NCBI GenBank assembly: GCA_028534125.1 | Contig: CM052817.1 | Location: 65,288,001 to 65,352,000, forward strand | DNA: 64,000 nt | Direction of reading: 5' to 3' | DNA from: Lama glama | Lineage: Eukaryota | Shown: positions 25,876 through 39,044 of the stretch, one piece after another | How the letters are laid out: every line of letters starts with the position of its first letter | Numbering within the stretch: position 1 is the first letter of the stretch | Notes under the pieces: model-generated | What the model was told of the DNA's origin: nothing | What the model saw: the letters and a program-made list of their open reading frames with translations, nothing else | Database searches by the model: none | Position numbers and translations under genes: made by a program

Positions 25876-28397
25876 TTCTGTGGTTTGAAAAGTTACCTTG
25901 ATCTCCGTGTATCTTCACAGAGGAGCAGATCTTGTGGATTCTTATCAGTCCTATCTCTTTCCCCGATTTTCATGTTTAACCAGAAACACAGAACACATTA
26001 GCCATACTAGGTACTTGTCAGGAAATGTACTGGAACTCATGAACACTCAGTACCCATCAGAAGTTAATTTATAAAAACATTACTAAGCATCATTTAATAA
26101 CACCTTACCGGGTTTTAGATAAGAAAAAAACCCCACAAGTATTACTATAAAACTAGTAACCACTAGTACACAGCTCTTAACTACTAGCAGAGCTTCTTAT
26201 TTATTGTAAACTCTCTTGTCTTTTTATTCAATTTTATGTGTTATCTTGCACTATTAAAATTTTTTGATACATTAAAATCACCTATCAATGCAGTTAGATG
26301 ACAAGATTTTAAAAGCGGGGACCATATCTTTTAAGTCTCTAATCTTTTACCTCTTTTATATTCCCTCAAAATACAGATTGTGCCAGGAATCTAGTAGGAG
26401 TTTGATAAACATTTTTTAAATGAATAAATTAATCAATGAACAATTGATCCTTGTCATCTCAGGTAACAGAATATTACTGTATTTCCTTAGAATTGCAAGT
26501 ATCTTAGGAAAGTTTATTAAGAATTTTAAGTACAAAAAGAAAAACAAGTACCATAAGCTTTACCAAAATAAATCCAGCTAATGACATCTTTCCCTAGGTA
26601 GGTTCAGGCCTTCGTCTTCTTTCTGCTGAGTATTCTGTATTCCATACTTTTAGCCAGTCCATAGCTAAGTGAGAATGTGTATGCATATTTAGCAGGAGTG
26701 ATGGATGGCAATTTATCAGTTTCTTTCTATACTGGTGGCTGAAACTTATGGCTCTCAGCACTTCCCAGTTGCTGGTGATTGATGGGTTTGTTTACTACTT
26801 CTTCCTTTGGTCTGGAGGGAGATACTGAGTGGGGTTTCTGCCAGCGCTCTGGAAGGTTTGGCTGACTCCCAGGGCCAAGAGCTCTGCAGCCCAAGCTGTG
26901 TTTACGCCACAGAAGCCCTTGGGCTGTTTTGGATTTTAATTGCTTTCCGAACAGATGCATTTCTGTTAGGATGGACAACGTATTGAAACTTGCACTCTGC
27001 TCATTCAAACCTAAACTCTGTTGGATTTTAAAAGTGTGTATTTTTTGCCTCCAACAAAGAAATTAAATGGAAAATGTTCCTTTCAATCTGATTCCTGTAT
27101 CTACCCTTATATTTCTGACCAAAATTAAAGAGACTACTAAACTGTAATCTCAAGTTATGAATATCCTCTTTCTGTTTGAACTAGAGTTAAATGGAAACAA
27201 ATATGTAAGACACTAGCAAACTCCCTGTGCAAAGCAAGCATATAAAATTAGCACATTGTTTGCTGTCTGTGAAAAAGGAAAATGTGTGTGTTCTCCTGCA
27301 TGAATAATCATGCTTTATTCACACAAGCAACATGTCTTTACTTTTCATTATCTGACAAGATCCATAGTGTGTTACTTAGTTGCAAATACTGGCTTTCCCA
27401 CAAAATAGGAGTTACTTTTAATTTCATAGTACTGTCCAATGAAAAAAGGAGAGTGGGAAATTAAGCCAAAGTTAATAAAACAATTTTTTGTATCTTCTTG
27501 TTGCCAGAAAACATCACATACACAGTCTAATAATTGACATGTACTGCTTTATACGCCTGGCAGCCTCTCTCTCTTTTATTTCTCCTGCTTTGTTTATTAC
27601 CTTCTCTGAAAAGCCCTTGGAAACCAGAGCTAGTATTTTTATTGTGTTGAAATGATTCTGGTAAAAACAGGTTCTAAATAAACATGACAGGTGTCAAGAA
27701 AAGCAGTTGGATCTGGTTTAGAGGTCTGACAGATGGGAAAACATTAAACTGGAAATGGAGAGAAAGAACCTTTGATTGTCTCGTATAGACACCATTGTGG
27801 TTGTGGGTTTGTCATCATTTGCAAGAGCTGCTAGCCACCAGCCTTCATCAAACTGTGACATTGAGTTGGAATTCAAAAATGACAAGAAAATTAAACTGAA
27901 GAGAGATGTCCCTTAGGAGGACAGAAAGAAAGGAGATGAGGCTTTATCTAATTGACTGAAAATTTTGGTTAGAAAAATACAGGGCTTTTCTGAATAACTG
28001 GTAAATAAAGAATCTTCATAATTAAACTGCCTCTGCTATAATAAGTAATGGATAGAAATTTCATAAATTGCATAAAGCAACATTGCTGTTTCCTACCCTT
28101 GTAACCTCTGATTCTTCAGGCATATGAGTCAGGAGCTAAACATTAAGTATTGGCAACCATAACAAATTATTTCACTAGTTCTAGTCTTTGCAGAATCTCC
28201 CCTTATCCCAGTACTTCTGGAAACGTGCAAGGCATGTTTTGTCTCAGCTCACCAATACACCCCTTTTTAGCTATAACACTTCTTTTTTTGCCCTTACTCT
28301 TAATACTGTGCAGTGCCTGTAGCTGAGAAATTCAGTTTCAAAGAGTCTTGTGAGAGCACCTTTCAGCTGCTGCTACCATTTACAGTGTGTGGGGGTC

Positions 28398-28830
28398 AGT
28401 ATGTTAGGACTCTTTTTGGGTTCAAGTGACAGAACCCAGTTTAATTTTACCTTGATTGGCTGATGAAATCCAGTGGCAGGATTGCAGCCACCTCAGCATC
28501 AAGGAGAGTCAGGGAATCCAAACCTGCCAGGAGTCTCCCTCTCCCTTTTCAATTTCTTGCTTTTGCTTTATTCTTACCTTCAGCTTCACTTTCTGTTCTT
28601 CTCTCAGCCACATGTTGATAGTTTCTAATCTTTGTATTTTGTAATCCAGGCACCCTGAAGAGTAGGGTGCCACCTCTCTCAATTCTAGAATTTCCAAACT
28701 TGCTGGCTCAGTGTGGGTCAGATGCTCTCCTCTGGATCCGTCAACCGTGGCTGTGGAGGATTAACACCATGATCAGCTCAGCTGGAGGCAGGGCCCCACT
28801 CCTGCAATCAGTGGTGGTTGGGGAGCAAGC
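28398..28830 (-). mobile_element. Old MaLR LTR remnant (MLT1K/L-like)
   Basis: gttaggactctttttgggttcaagtgacagaaccca...ggctcagtgtgggtcagatgctc. Confidence 0.45.
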
Positions 28831-29025
28831 TGAAGTGGTGACATGGCTGCTAAGTGGCACGTGGTCAGAAGTCATGTCTGTCTTCCTCATCACTGAATCT
28901 GGAGTACTTAGCATAGAGCTTCTTACCAGTAGGTATTTTAAAAATTGCAGAATGAATGGATTATGTGTGTGTGTGTGCATGTGTGTAGCATGGAGTGGTG
29001 GGGAGTAGGGAAAAGAAAGGGTTTC

Positions 29026-30630
29026 TCTCATAAGAGATAAGCCAAGATGGCAGAATAGAAAAAACTTGAGCTCACCTCCTCTCATGAGCACACCAAAATC
29101 ACAACTATCTGCAGAATAACTATCAAAGAAAAAGTCTGGAACCTACCAAAAAAGGTCTTCTACAACTAAAGACATAAAGAGAAGGGTAGGAGGGGCAGAG
29201 TCACGGTACAGTCAAGTCCCATACCCCTAGGGCGGGTGCCCCATAAACTGGAGAATAATTACATTGCAGAAGTTCTCCCACAGGAGAGGCCTGAGCCCCA
29301 CCTTGGGCTCCCCAGCAGACTTGGGGTCCTGCACAGGGAAAATGAGCCCCAGAGCATTTGGTGCTGAAGGCCGGCAGGGCTGACTCTCGAGAGTCCTGGG
29401 CTTAGAAACAGAGACTTAACTCTTAAAGGTCACATACAACATCTCACAAGCAGAGGGACTTAGAGGAAAAGCAGAAATTTGGTAGAAGCCTGGACCAGAC
29501 CTACCTGCTGGTCTAGGAGAGTCTCCCAGAGAAGCAGGGGGTGGGGGGCTGCAGCTCACACAGGGGGCACAGACACCTGCGGCAGCCATTTTTGGAACCC
29601 TGTTCTATCACAGATGCTGGCGGACGGCGTAGTGGCCTCCTCCCTCTAGCTCATTAGCGCCTAGACCCGCCCCACCCAACAGCCTGTGGGTGCCAGCGCT
29701 GGGATGCCTCACGCTGAGCGCTGGGACACAGCCCCACCCATCAACAGACAGGCTGCCTCAAGCCCTCGGAGCACAGGCCGCCTCCGAACGCGGCCCCGCC
29801 TTCCAGAGCGTCCGGGCGCAGCCCCGCCCACCCGCGGGCAGGCACCAGCCCCAGAATCCCCCGCGCCCGCCCCGCCCTCAGGAAGGCGGCTCCCGCCTCG
29901 GGACCTGTCTCACTCACCCGGCAAGCGGCAGGCAACTGGCGCCTTAAAGCCGCAATCCTGCAGCCTGCAAGCCCTGCTCTGGGACCACCTGGGCCCTGGT
30001 CCTGCCCACTAGCCAGCCAGCACAAGCTTCGGGACCCCCTGAACCCCCTACTCAGCTGTGTCAGGAACCGGTCTTCCCCTACCGCTGACCTGCCACCAGC
30101 TCTGGGGCCGGCTCTGCCTGCTGGCACTAACCCCAGGACCTGGCTTCACCCGCCAGTGGGCCGGCAACAGCCTGGGAGTCTCTGGGCCCTGACTCCACCC
30201 ACCAGTGAGTCAGCACTGGCCCCGGAACCCCTTGGCGTTCTGCTGTGAGCGGCTTCATGAACCCAGTCCCGCCAACCACCGGCCGGCACCCTCCACACAA
30301 GGAGCAGCCTGACAATAGCCGGTCCGGGGCCAGCCAAGCCTACCAAGCCTACCAGACTGCCCAGAGGGAAGAGGGCTGCTGGGATACACAGGACATCTCC
30401 TTCCAAAGGCCACTTCTCCAAGGTCAGGAAACGTAACCAACCTACCAGATACATAGAAGGAGAAACCGCAACTTAGGCAAAATGAGGGGACAGAGGAACA
30501 TGTTCCAGTCTAAGGAACAAGGTAAAACCCCAGAAGAAGAATTAAGTGAAGTGGAGATAGGCCATCTACCGGAAAAGTTCAGGGTAGCGATCGTAAAGAT
30601 GATCAAAGAACTCCGGAGAAGAATGGATGC
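29026..30630 (+). mobile_element. LINE-1 5'UTR plus first ~50 codons of ORF1, 3'-truncated, TSD-flanked
   Basis: Starts ...gccaagatggcagaatag (L1 5' end); ORF1 N-terminus MRGQRNMFQSKEQGKTPEEELSEVEIGHLPEKFRVAIVKMIKELRRRMDA from 30482; direct repeat aaagaaagggtttc at 29012-29025 and 30631-30644. Confidence 0.9.
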
Positions 30631-33600
30631 AAAGAAAGGGTTTCCCTTGCCGTCCTACTGTCTTTCCCCATTGATGCCTGGGGCTACCACCTTGAACCAA
30701 ACTGAAGGTATTTCACTGTCCTAGTGTCAGGCTGATTTCTAACACTGCAAGAACTTGCGGTTGTCTATCCTGTGTTCTGTGCTTCAGTGAGGTAAAAAGA
30801 ATTCCTTTCCCACGGCTGCTGCTGCTCTGGTCTCTGTTCACATCAGCTGAGGTCAGGCTGTGCTGGGGCTGCTCCTCCATGTTAGTCATTGGCACCTGGA
30901 GAGTAATGGTATATGACAGATGGCTGTGCTGTTATTCATGTAGACCACATGGGATCATCTGTTCAAATGGGGAGAAGCCGCTCCTGCTCCCAGGGCAAAG
31001 GCCCTACAGCAGGGCTGCCCTGTGCTGTTAGAGGTTTTTATTTTGGAGATTTTATGTATTCTTTCAGCATCACTTGAAGTTCCTTCTCCCTAGGACTCAA
31101 TCAATCATGAGTTCATTGCTAGAGAGCAGCCTTAGACCCCAGTATTGTGTTCTGCTGCTAATAATTCCTTTTTCTTCTGAGATTATGGCACCCAGACTGG
31201 GTCAAGTTTGTGTTCCAGAGCAACTCTTCCTTTAGAATCAGATATTTTCCAATTGTTCCTGTGTGCTTCATGCAAATCCTACTATGGAGGGTTTGTTCTC
31301 TCGTATAGACATGTGTCTGAATTTTAAAGGGCACATAATTTAGGCTCGGACTGCACCCACTGTGTATGTCTGGCTGAACAGGGCTAGCCAGAATTCTGCA
31401 GCACACAGATTGCATTTGTTCATTTCAAACACCCTACACAGGGCGGTGAAAGGACCATCCTCAGGTATAATTGTGAATGCTGGGAAAAGCACCTTGATAG
31501 GTTCCACCTCTCCCTTGTATCCATTTATTTCCCCCTCTGGATGGTGCCACATAGTAATGTAAATTGTTTGCTGGTGGTTCCACTTAGTGGAAAGGGAGAT
31601 GCTCTTCTGTGTGTGGTTGACTTGGTGGAGGCTAGGTAGGACTGAAGTCAGTCCCAGGGACTTCCCGAGTTCAGGGTTTTAAAAGGTGAGGAGATTTCAG
31701 TATGAGTGATGATCCCTGTTCCTTTTTCTCTCTGAAGACTCCTTGGGTCATGGGAGAGAGTCAATCAGGAGCCACTCACACAGAGTCCCCGGGACGCTTG
31801 TTTTCAGGAGCTCCAAGGATGGAGAAGCAAGGGGTCATTGTCACCTGCTTCTTTGAGACCTGGAGTTCAACCTAGAGATGCTCTGTCTTCTCCACCTCCA
31901 GCTACTGTCCTAAAAGCTGCCCTTTTCCCTCTTCCCTGGCCTGAACTCAGGTCAATCTTACCTCTTAACCTCAATCACTCTTGTTCCAAATGTATATTTT
32001 TTCAGCTTATGTCTTTTAAATTAGAAACTAGTACCAACACAGTAACAAAAAACTTGAAAAACAGACAAAAGATAAAAAATACAAATGCTCATCATAAAAA
32101 AAAAACAACTCAACGTTTTATGCACATAATAATTCCTTTCTGTTTTTTCCTAAGCATAGTTTTTTTTAACTGTAAACAAATATCAAATAGTTTTAATCAC
32201 TTGGAAGTACACTTTTTAATCTTGCTTGTTTTACTTATTCTTGTATATGCCTTTTATTTATCTTGGCATGATCTTCATAACCAATTGGTATGTTTTTAAC
32301 ATAAATTAGGTTGGTATTTAATTACGTTTGCACTCCATGATGCAGAATGCTTCCATCTTTGATTTTAACTTCTGGTAATAAAGCGTCTAACAATGGAATC
32401 TGTTTTTAGAAAAATCCTCTTTAATAATAGATGTAATGCTGCAGTCAGTTTGGAGCTTAGAGCTCCCCCGATAACTGAATCGGGTCATAAGACTGAACAA
32501 TTTTGTTGTTTGAGATAGCCCCAAACACCTATCCAACAAAAAGTTCAGTTGGATAGTTATATGAGACAATGTAAGGGAAAGGGAGAGGAACCATGTTGTA
32601 TTTCATTTAAGATAAATGGCCTTAATGATTTATAAACTAAGTGAAAGAGAATCTGCTGCTTCTCATGCCAGCTCAGGGGATGTTTTGAGATGTCTTTTCA
32701 TCTCTTACTCTGTTTGTTTATGTCTCTCCCCCCAAATCTCAAAAATTTTAGATAATTTCACTTTCATCGATCATCTGGGTAGAAAAGATAACATCTTAAC
32801 AATTTCAGCATGCAGAAATTAGAGAATTAAGTCACTTTCCGGGTATTTCAAGTTATCTCCCAATCCTAGCTCCCCAAACAAACAAAACCCCTAGAACAAT
32901 TCCCTACTGTCTCAATTATCTGACTATTTCAGGTGGATGTGGATTATTTTGGCCTGGATTGTTTTGCATTTGCGCTGTTGGTGCACATCTATTTACCTAA
33001 GAGAGGGAAGAATGTGTATCATTGCAAATGTCTGAAATGATTACTTTAGAAATGTATTCTGGCCTGCAGTAAAAGACTGGTTTTCCAAATTGTCTGTTTT
33101 GAAAGGATGCCAGAAAACACCACTGAATAATTACGGTGGCTTAATGCTGGAGCTCTGCCTGCTGAAGTTTTAGGTGTGACATTCATTGGTTCTGTAGCAC
33201 ATAAGGTCATCCTCTGAAGCTGGAGGGCCTGAGAGTGAACCGGGGGAATTTACTGAGTCCTACTGGATCAATCATCTCTGGGTGGCCAGTGTCCTCAGAG
33301 AGCAAGGGCCAGGCTGTGGAGGGAAGCTCTTTGCTTCTGTTCTTTTTCAGTGTGGACAAAACCTCCAGTATATTAGATTGCAGGTTTATTATATTTTATT
33401 TGCATTCATGAATAAATTTAAGGAGAATTTGTGTGAAGCAATAATTTGAGAGACCAACCATTTTGGCTTGTGGGTTTGATTTCTCTCTTCTCTTTTTTCA
33501 TTCTACCTCCCAAATTTACTTCCATTTCTAATTTTGCCTGGTAGAGGAGGCTGAATTGATGTGATGTGCTTTGAAGGGTCTTTGTAGTCCTAATAGTTGT

Positions 33601-33782
33601 ATTTGTGTCTTTAGAGGAAGATCACAGCAAAAGGACTGAAAGATCCTCCTGGCATGGGAGGAATACCATCAAGAAACAGTGAGGGAAGCATTCACATTTC
33701 AAATGTGGCCACTTTGTGTATCTGGAGTGAATATTTTTAATGTTTTATATTTAAATATATGAATATTTGGTGACATTTAGGT

Positions 33783-35385
33783 CAGTAGTTTCAAACTTTT
33801 TGGCCTCAGGGCCACTTAACTCTTTTAAAAATTATTGACATTTTTCAAGAGTTTTTGCTTAAATGGCTTATATCTATCAATATTACCATTTAGAAAAACA
33901 AAGCTGAGAAACTGGATTCATTTAAGATTCTAAAGTAGTGAATCAGTTACATGTTAATTAGATAACATTTTTGCTGAAAATATTTGTCTTTTTTAAATAA
34001 AAAAACAGTTTAGTAAGAAGAGTAACATTGTTTCACATTTTTGAAATTTCTTATACTTAATACATGATGGCTGGATTTTAGTCTGCTTCTGAATTCAATC
34101 TGTTGCAATACATTAATTTGGTTGAAATATGTATGGATGTATAGTTTGGAAAGGCTGTTTTAACAGCCTTAAGAAGGTCATTATGAGTAATGTTTTTGAT
34201 ACTACACCACAACTAGGCAGGGGTAGTTCTTAAAGGTTATTTGTAACATGGACTTTCAGGCCATGTCATTAAACTTTTTGTGCACTGTTGCATTTAAAAC
34301 CTTTTGTCTATCTTGCAGTGTGACTGAATCTTTTAACCATGCATTGGTGATTTGGAAAATACTGATTCACTGAGTTATGCATATTTTCCAAATGTTAACA
34401 CATTTTATTATACAATATGATGAAATCATATTTGTTAATACCACTGCAGATCCCATCAGAAAAGCCTTTTAGTGTTTTGAAACTGCCAGCCTCAGTGGTG
34501 GGTATGAGTTTTTCAAACTTGTGATTTTTGTTGAAAACTCAAAATCAATCATTGGCAACGGATACTATCAGTTATTTTTCTTAGAGCAACAGGCTTACAT
34601 TGTTCATTTTTGAGAAGATATCTGCAAAATATCCAAGTCTAAATAATCACAATCAGGACTGTCAATTGGTCTTTCAAGTACAGATAATTTTCCATGAAAA
34701 GAACATCTATTTCAGATCACAAACAGGGGCCCAAGGGCGTTTCCTTGAGATCAACATTGTGCTTCAATATGCAGCAGGAGTGCTTTAAAAGTTGTTAAGA
34801 AAATAGATCTTAAAATGTCTTATCACAAGAAAAAAAATTATAGCTTTGTGTGGTGATGGATGTTAAGACTTACTGTGGTGATCATTCAGCAATATATAAC
34901 AGTGTTAAATCATTGTGTTGTACACCTGAAACTAATATAATATTATGTCACTTATAGCTCAACCACAAGAAAGTAAAAATGCTTTATGCCTATGTCCCAT
35001 TTCTTCACACAAAATATTAAAAATATATGATTGAAGTCTTGACTTTTTAAAAATTAACATTTGTGTTGCCTCATGAAGAACATTATTGAGTGAAACTGCC
35101 ACTCAAATTACTATATCATCATTAGTATTTTCATTGCAAGTGCACTGTAAGAACACTGGGTTCCATTACCTTGATTTACACTTAAGCTACTTATAATGTG
35201 GAATTTGAAGCCATATCAATGAACCTTTTGTGCACTATTGCCTTTGAATCCCTTTGTCTATCTTGCAATGTGACTGAATCCTTTAATTAGATTTGGTTAA
35301 AACTGTTTCTGCTGCTGTTGCTTTGCATCATCAGTACAAATGTGGAAAAGACACTAACATCACAGTATTGTTATGAAAATAGCTC
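33783..35385 (-). mobile_element. hAT DNA transposon Charlie1-like
   Basis: Terminus cagtagtttcaaactttttggcctcagg, then Charlie1-like internal text (ctgcttctgaattcaatctgttgcaata, gattcactgagttatgc, cagtacaaatgt...ttatgaaaatag). Confidence 0.8.
34789..34978 (+). mobile_element. L1MA-type 3'UTR fragment inserted in Charlie1
   Basis: aaagttgttaagaaaatagatcttaaaatgtcttatcacaag...tgtacacctgaaactaatataat; tgcttta repeated at both flanks. Confidence 0.75.
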
Positions 35386-36258
35386 TGAAAAAGTGCTCAA
35401 TATCGCTAACTTTTAGAGAAATGCAAATCAAAACGCATTGAGGTATCATCTCACACTAGTCAGAATGTCATTCAAAAGTCCATAAACAATGAATGTTGGA
35501 GCAGGTGTAGAGAAAAGGAAACCCTCCTACACTTCTGGTGTGGATATACTTTGGTGCAGCCACTATGGAAAACAGTATAGAGATTACTTAGAAAACTAAA
35601 AATAGACTTACCATCTGATCCAGCAATCCCTCTCCTGGGCATAAATCTGGAGGAAACTTCAGTTTGAAAAGATACATACACCCCCATGTTCATAGAAGCA
35701 CTATTTACAATAGCCAAGACATGGAAGCAACCAAAATGTCCATTGACAGATGATTGGGTAAAGGTGTCATACATACTTATACAATGGAATACCACTCAGC
35801 CATAAAAAGAATAAAATAATGCCATTTGTAGCAACCTGAAGATTGTCATACTAAGTGAAGTAAGCCAGAAAGAGAAAGAAAAACACCATATGATATCACT
35901 TATATGTGGAATCTAAAACAAAACAAAAAAAAAGAGAGAGAAAGACAAATGAACTTATTTACAAAACAGAAACTCACAGACATAGAAAATAAACCTGTGG
36001 TTACTGGGTGGGGTTGAGGGGCATGAAGGGATAAATTGGGAGTTTGGGATTTGCAGATACTAACTACTATACATAAAATAGATAAATAGCAAGGTCTTAC
36101 TGTATAGCACAGGGAACTATATTCAATATATTGTAATGGCCTATAATGGAAAAGAATATGAAAAGGAATATATATATATATATAACTGAATCTCTGTGCT
36201 GTACATGAGAAATTAACATAAACCAACTATACTTCAATTAAAAATAAATAAAATAAAA
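35386..36258 (+). mobile_element. Younger L1 3' fragment (ORF2 C-terminus, 3'UTR, A-rich tail)
   Basis: gaaatgcaaatcaaaac...ggtgcagccactatggaaaacag...gtatagcacagggaactatattcaata...caactatacttcaattaaaaataaataaaataaaa. Confidence 0.92.
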
Positions 36259-37089
36259 TCATTATATCCTTAAAAATTAATTAATTAAATAATTTAAAAT
36301 GTGTATCTATTTTCAAGCTTTCTAGCATTTGTTCAACAAATATTTTTAAATACTTTACTATTATTTTTATATAGAACTGAGAAATCAGAGAAAATTTAAA
36401 AGTGATAAATTTATATTGATACACTTTTTGTTGTTGTTTTAAATTCTCTATTTACTAAATTTATATCCCCTTTGCCCATTTTTCCTGATACACTTTTATT
36501 CGAATTTTTAATAATTAATTTAAAATCTGCTATTTAAGTGTATGCTCCATAGAGTAAATTTCACTTGTCTATTTAAATGAATATCCATTTCCATTTTAGG
36601 TAGAAGAATCCTGGTATCAGATCACTTCTGTAACCATGGCCAGTGCTGCTGCAAAGTAAGTAGAAATGTTATATGAAATCTAGAGTCCTTGCTGCCCAAA
36701 GTTCTCTTTCTTTTCTTCCCTCTTTCTTCCTTTCTCCTTCTCTCCCTCTTTTTTTTTTCCTGTCTTCCATTTGTTGTGGAAAGTTTGTTTTTTTTTTAAA
36801 AATTATCCACAGTGGACTTTCTCCAGTTTGATTAAAAAAAACAGGGTTTATCTGTTATTTTCTTTTTTAAAGAAAACAATCTATTCTTGCTAAAATGCAT
36901 CTGTTGGAATGAACTTGAAATAATTATCACACATCACTCCAACCTTCCTTTACATTTTTATTTTCCAGCTTAAATATCTCTGTGAATTCCTTTCCACATA
37001 CAGGAAGGTTATTCTTAGATCTCTTCCCTAAAGCAGTAGTCCCAGTACCACTGTAATGGACAGGTGGCTTTGCTCTTGAATTCTAAGGA

Positions 37090-37310
37090 GGAATGGGTAG
37101 CAGTTAAGAGCTCAGTCTCTGGAGTAAAGTGGCCTTGGGTTCTAATTCTGTATCCGCTTACTTTGGTGAAATTATTTAACCTCAAAAGTTTTGATTTCTT
37201 CATCTGTAAAAATAGACTAACATTAGTACCCACTACATAAGGTAATACATACAAAACGCTTAGCACAGTGACTGACACATAGTCGTCATTTAAGGTGTGC
37301 TTGTTACTAC
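37090..37310 (+). mobile_element. MIR SINE
   Basis: gcagttaagagctcagtctctggag...cttcatctgtaaaaatagactaac...aaaacgcttagcacagtg. Confidence 0.8.
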
Positions 37311-39044
37311 TTTTGAGTCTCAGTGTCCCCAGCACTCATGATACATGACGTATAAGGGTTCCAACAGTAAAAGCTAAATCCTTTCTGTGTGGTTGACTTT
37401 TGTTCTGATAACATTTCTGAAAACTCTTGGCTGCTGGTCAAAAAGAAAATCTATTTGTTTGAGGAGGGTCACAGATTTATACACACAGATGTAAAAAGAA
37501 CATGCAGTTTATGTTCTGTCTCACTTATTTGATCTTTCTTTCTAGTATCTAATCTACTGATTAGCAAAGTAGAACAATTTAATCTAATAATTTTAGTCTA
37601 ATCCAATAGTGTAAGTCTTTAGGCAGCATAATTTTTTTTTTGGTCTAAATCCCAGTTTTTTGGTTTCCTTCTTCTCAACCTGCTTCTCTCCAACATGGTG
37701 TCTGGGTGTATTGGTGAGGGGGATCCTGTGGTAAAGGGAAAGAGATGGTCTCTAAGATCTAAGGTCTTCAGGGCTGTGTACTGTCCTCTGGTCCCTAGAG
37801 AAATGCCTCTTATTTACCTCTGACTACTACTTGCCCTGTTAGCCTTAGAGGCTGAGGTTGTTGTCTGTTCTCTATAAATACAGGGTCAGGACCAAGGACT
37901 TTTTGGTTATTAGCCTTAAGATCTCTGTGACACCTACTCAGCACCTGGAACACTTTGCCTTTGCCACACTGACTCTGACTCTGAGCCAAGTCACACCATG
38001 AGCTGACATCTGTGTGCCATGTTGGGGTCAGGTGGGAACATCTATCTTAGGAGAACTCAGTGAAGACCCTATTTCTGCCTAATCACACGATGCGACAGCT
38101 TTCACTTGCCACACACCCACCCTCCCTCCCATTCCTTTCCCCTTGTGAAGTAGGACAAAAGTGCTTGCGTTTTAGGCATTTTTTAAAAAATTGAATACTC
38201 TGAGATAGGTGAGCAGGACACACAAATCTCACCTACTTCTGCTTGCTTTTCTTCACTCAGTCTGGAAGGGTGGGCTTTGCATCTCCTTTATGTTACCACC
38301 TGGGTTCTGTGATCTGGTGCGCCAGCTCTGTGTCTCCACGTGTTTAAAGTGGTGATTTGTGATGTCGATAGATCACTCTCTCTTTGTCTTGACAGCCTAG
38401 CTTTCAAGTCCCTTCTCTCCCATTAAGAAGTGAAGGAAGTCAGCTCTGAAAATCAGAGTTGAGCAGTATTGTCTTTGTTCTAGGCTCTTTCTTCCCTAGA
38501 GCAATAAACCTTAAGCTCCAGTTGGTGAAGAAAGCTGAAAGAACTTTGAAGGTGAAATTAAGAATGTTGTTCTAGTAGTCACAACATAAGATACCCTGTT
38601 ACATTAATTTACCAATGTGTGTCTAACTACAAAGCCCATGCTTTTTCCAATGCACAATATTTGGCACTGGCTAAGCCCATGGTCTTTTGGGGCAAGATGG
38701 AAGAAACCAGAAATCAGGATATAAAGAGATTTGAAGTAGCTGGAATTTGGAAACAAGCAGTAAGGAAGGAGAAGACAAAACATATTTCAGGCTCTGAGAG
38801 TGCTCGTGGCAAGTATCACTGCTGTAGGAATGGAAGTATTCTGGAACATTTCATAATGTTGCTTTCAAGACTTACATATCTGCATTTTAATGAGTAGATA
38901 GTGAATTGATTACTTGCAGTCCCCCACAGATAGGTCTCATCGAATTGTACGTCCAAAATAACTAGGTTATAATCTAAAATATTATTGCTAGGTAGCATTT
39001 CTTTAACATTTCAATGTTTGTTTTGAGACCACCTAAAATGGATT

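Noticed and set aside
29686..30454. Several overlapping 60-128 aa ORFs
   Set aside because: They arise in the GC-rich L1 5'UTR and show no coding signature.
31838..32299. 153-aa ORF
   Set aside because: Non-ATG start, runs through A/T homopolymers, no homology I recognise.
35472..36226. 107-108 aa minus-strand ORFs (similar ones at 53939-55011)
   Set aside because: Sense or antisense translations of L1 3' fragments.
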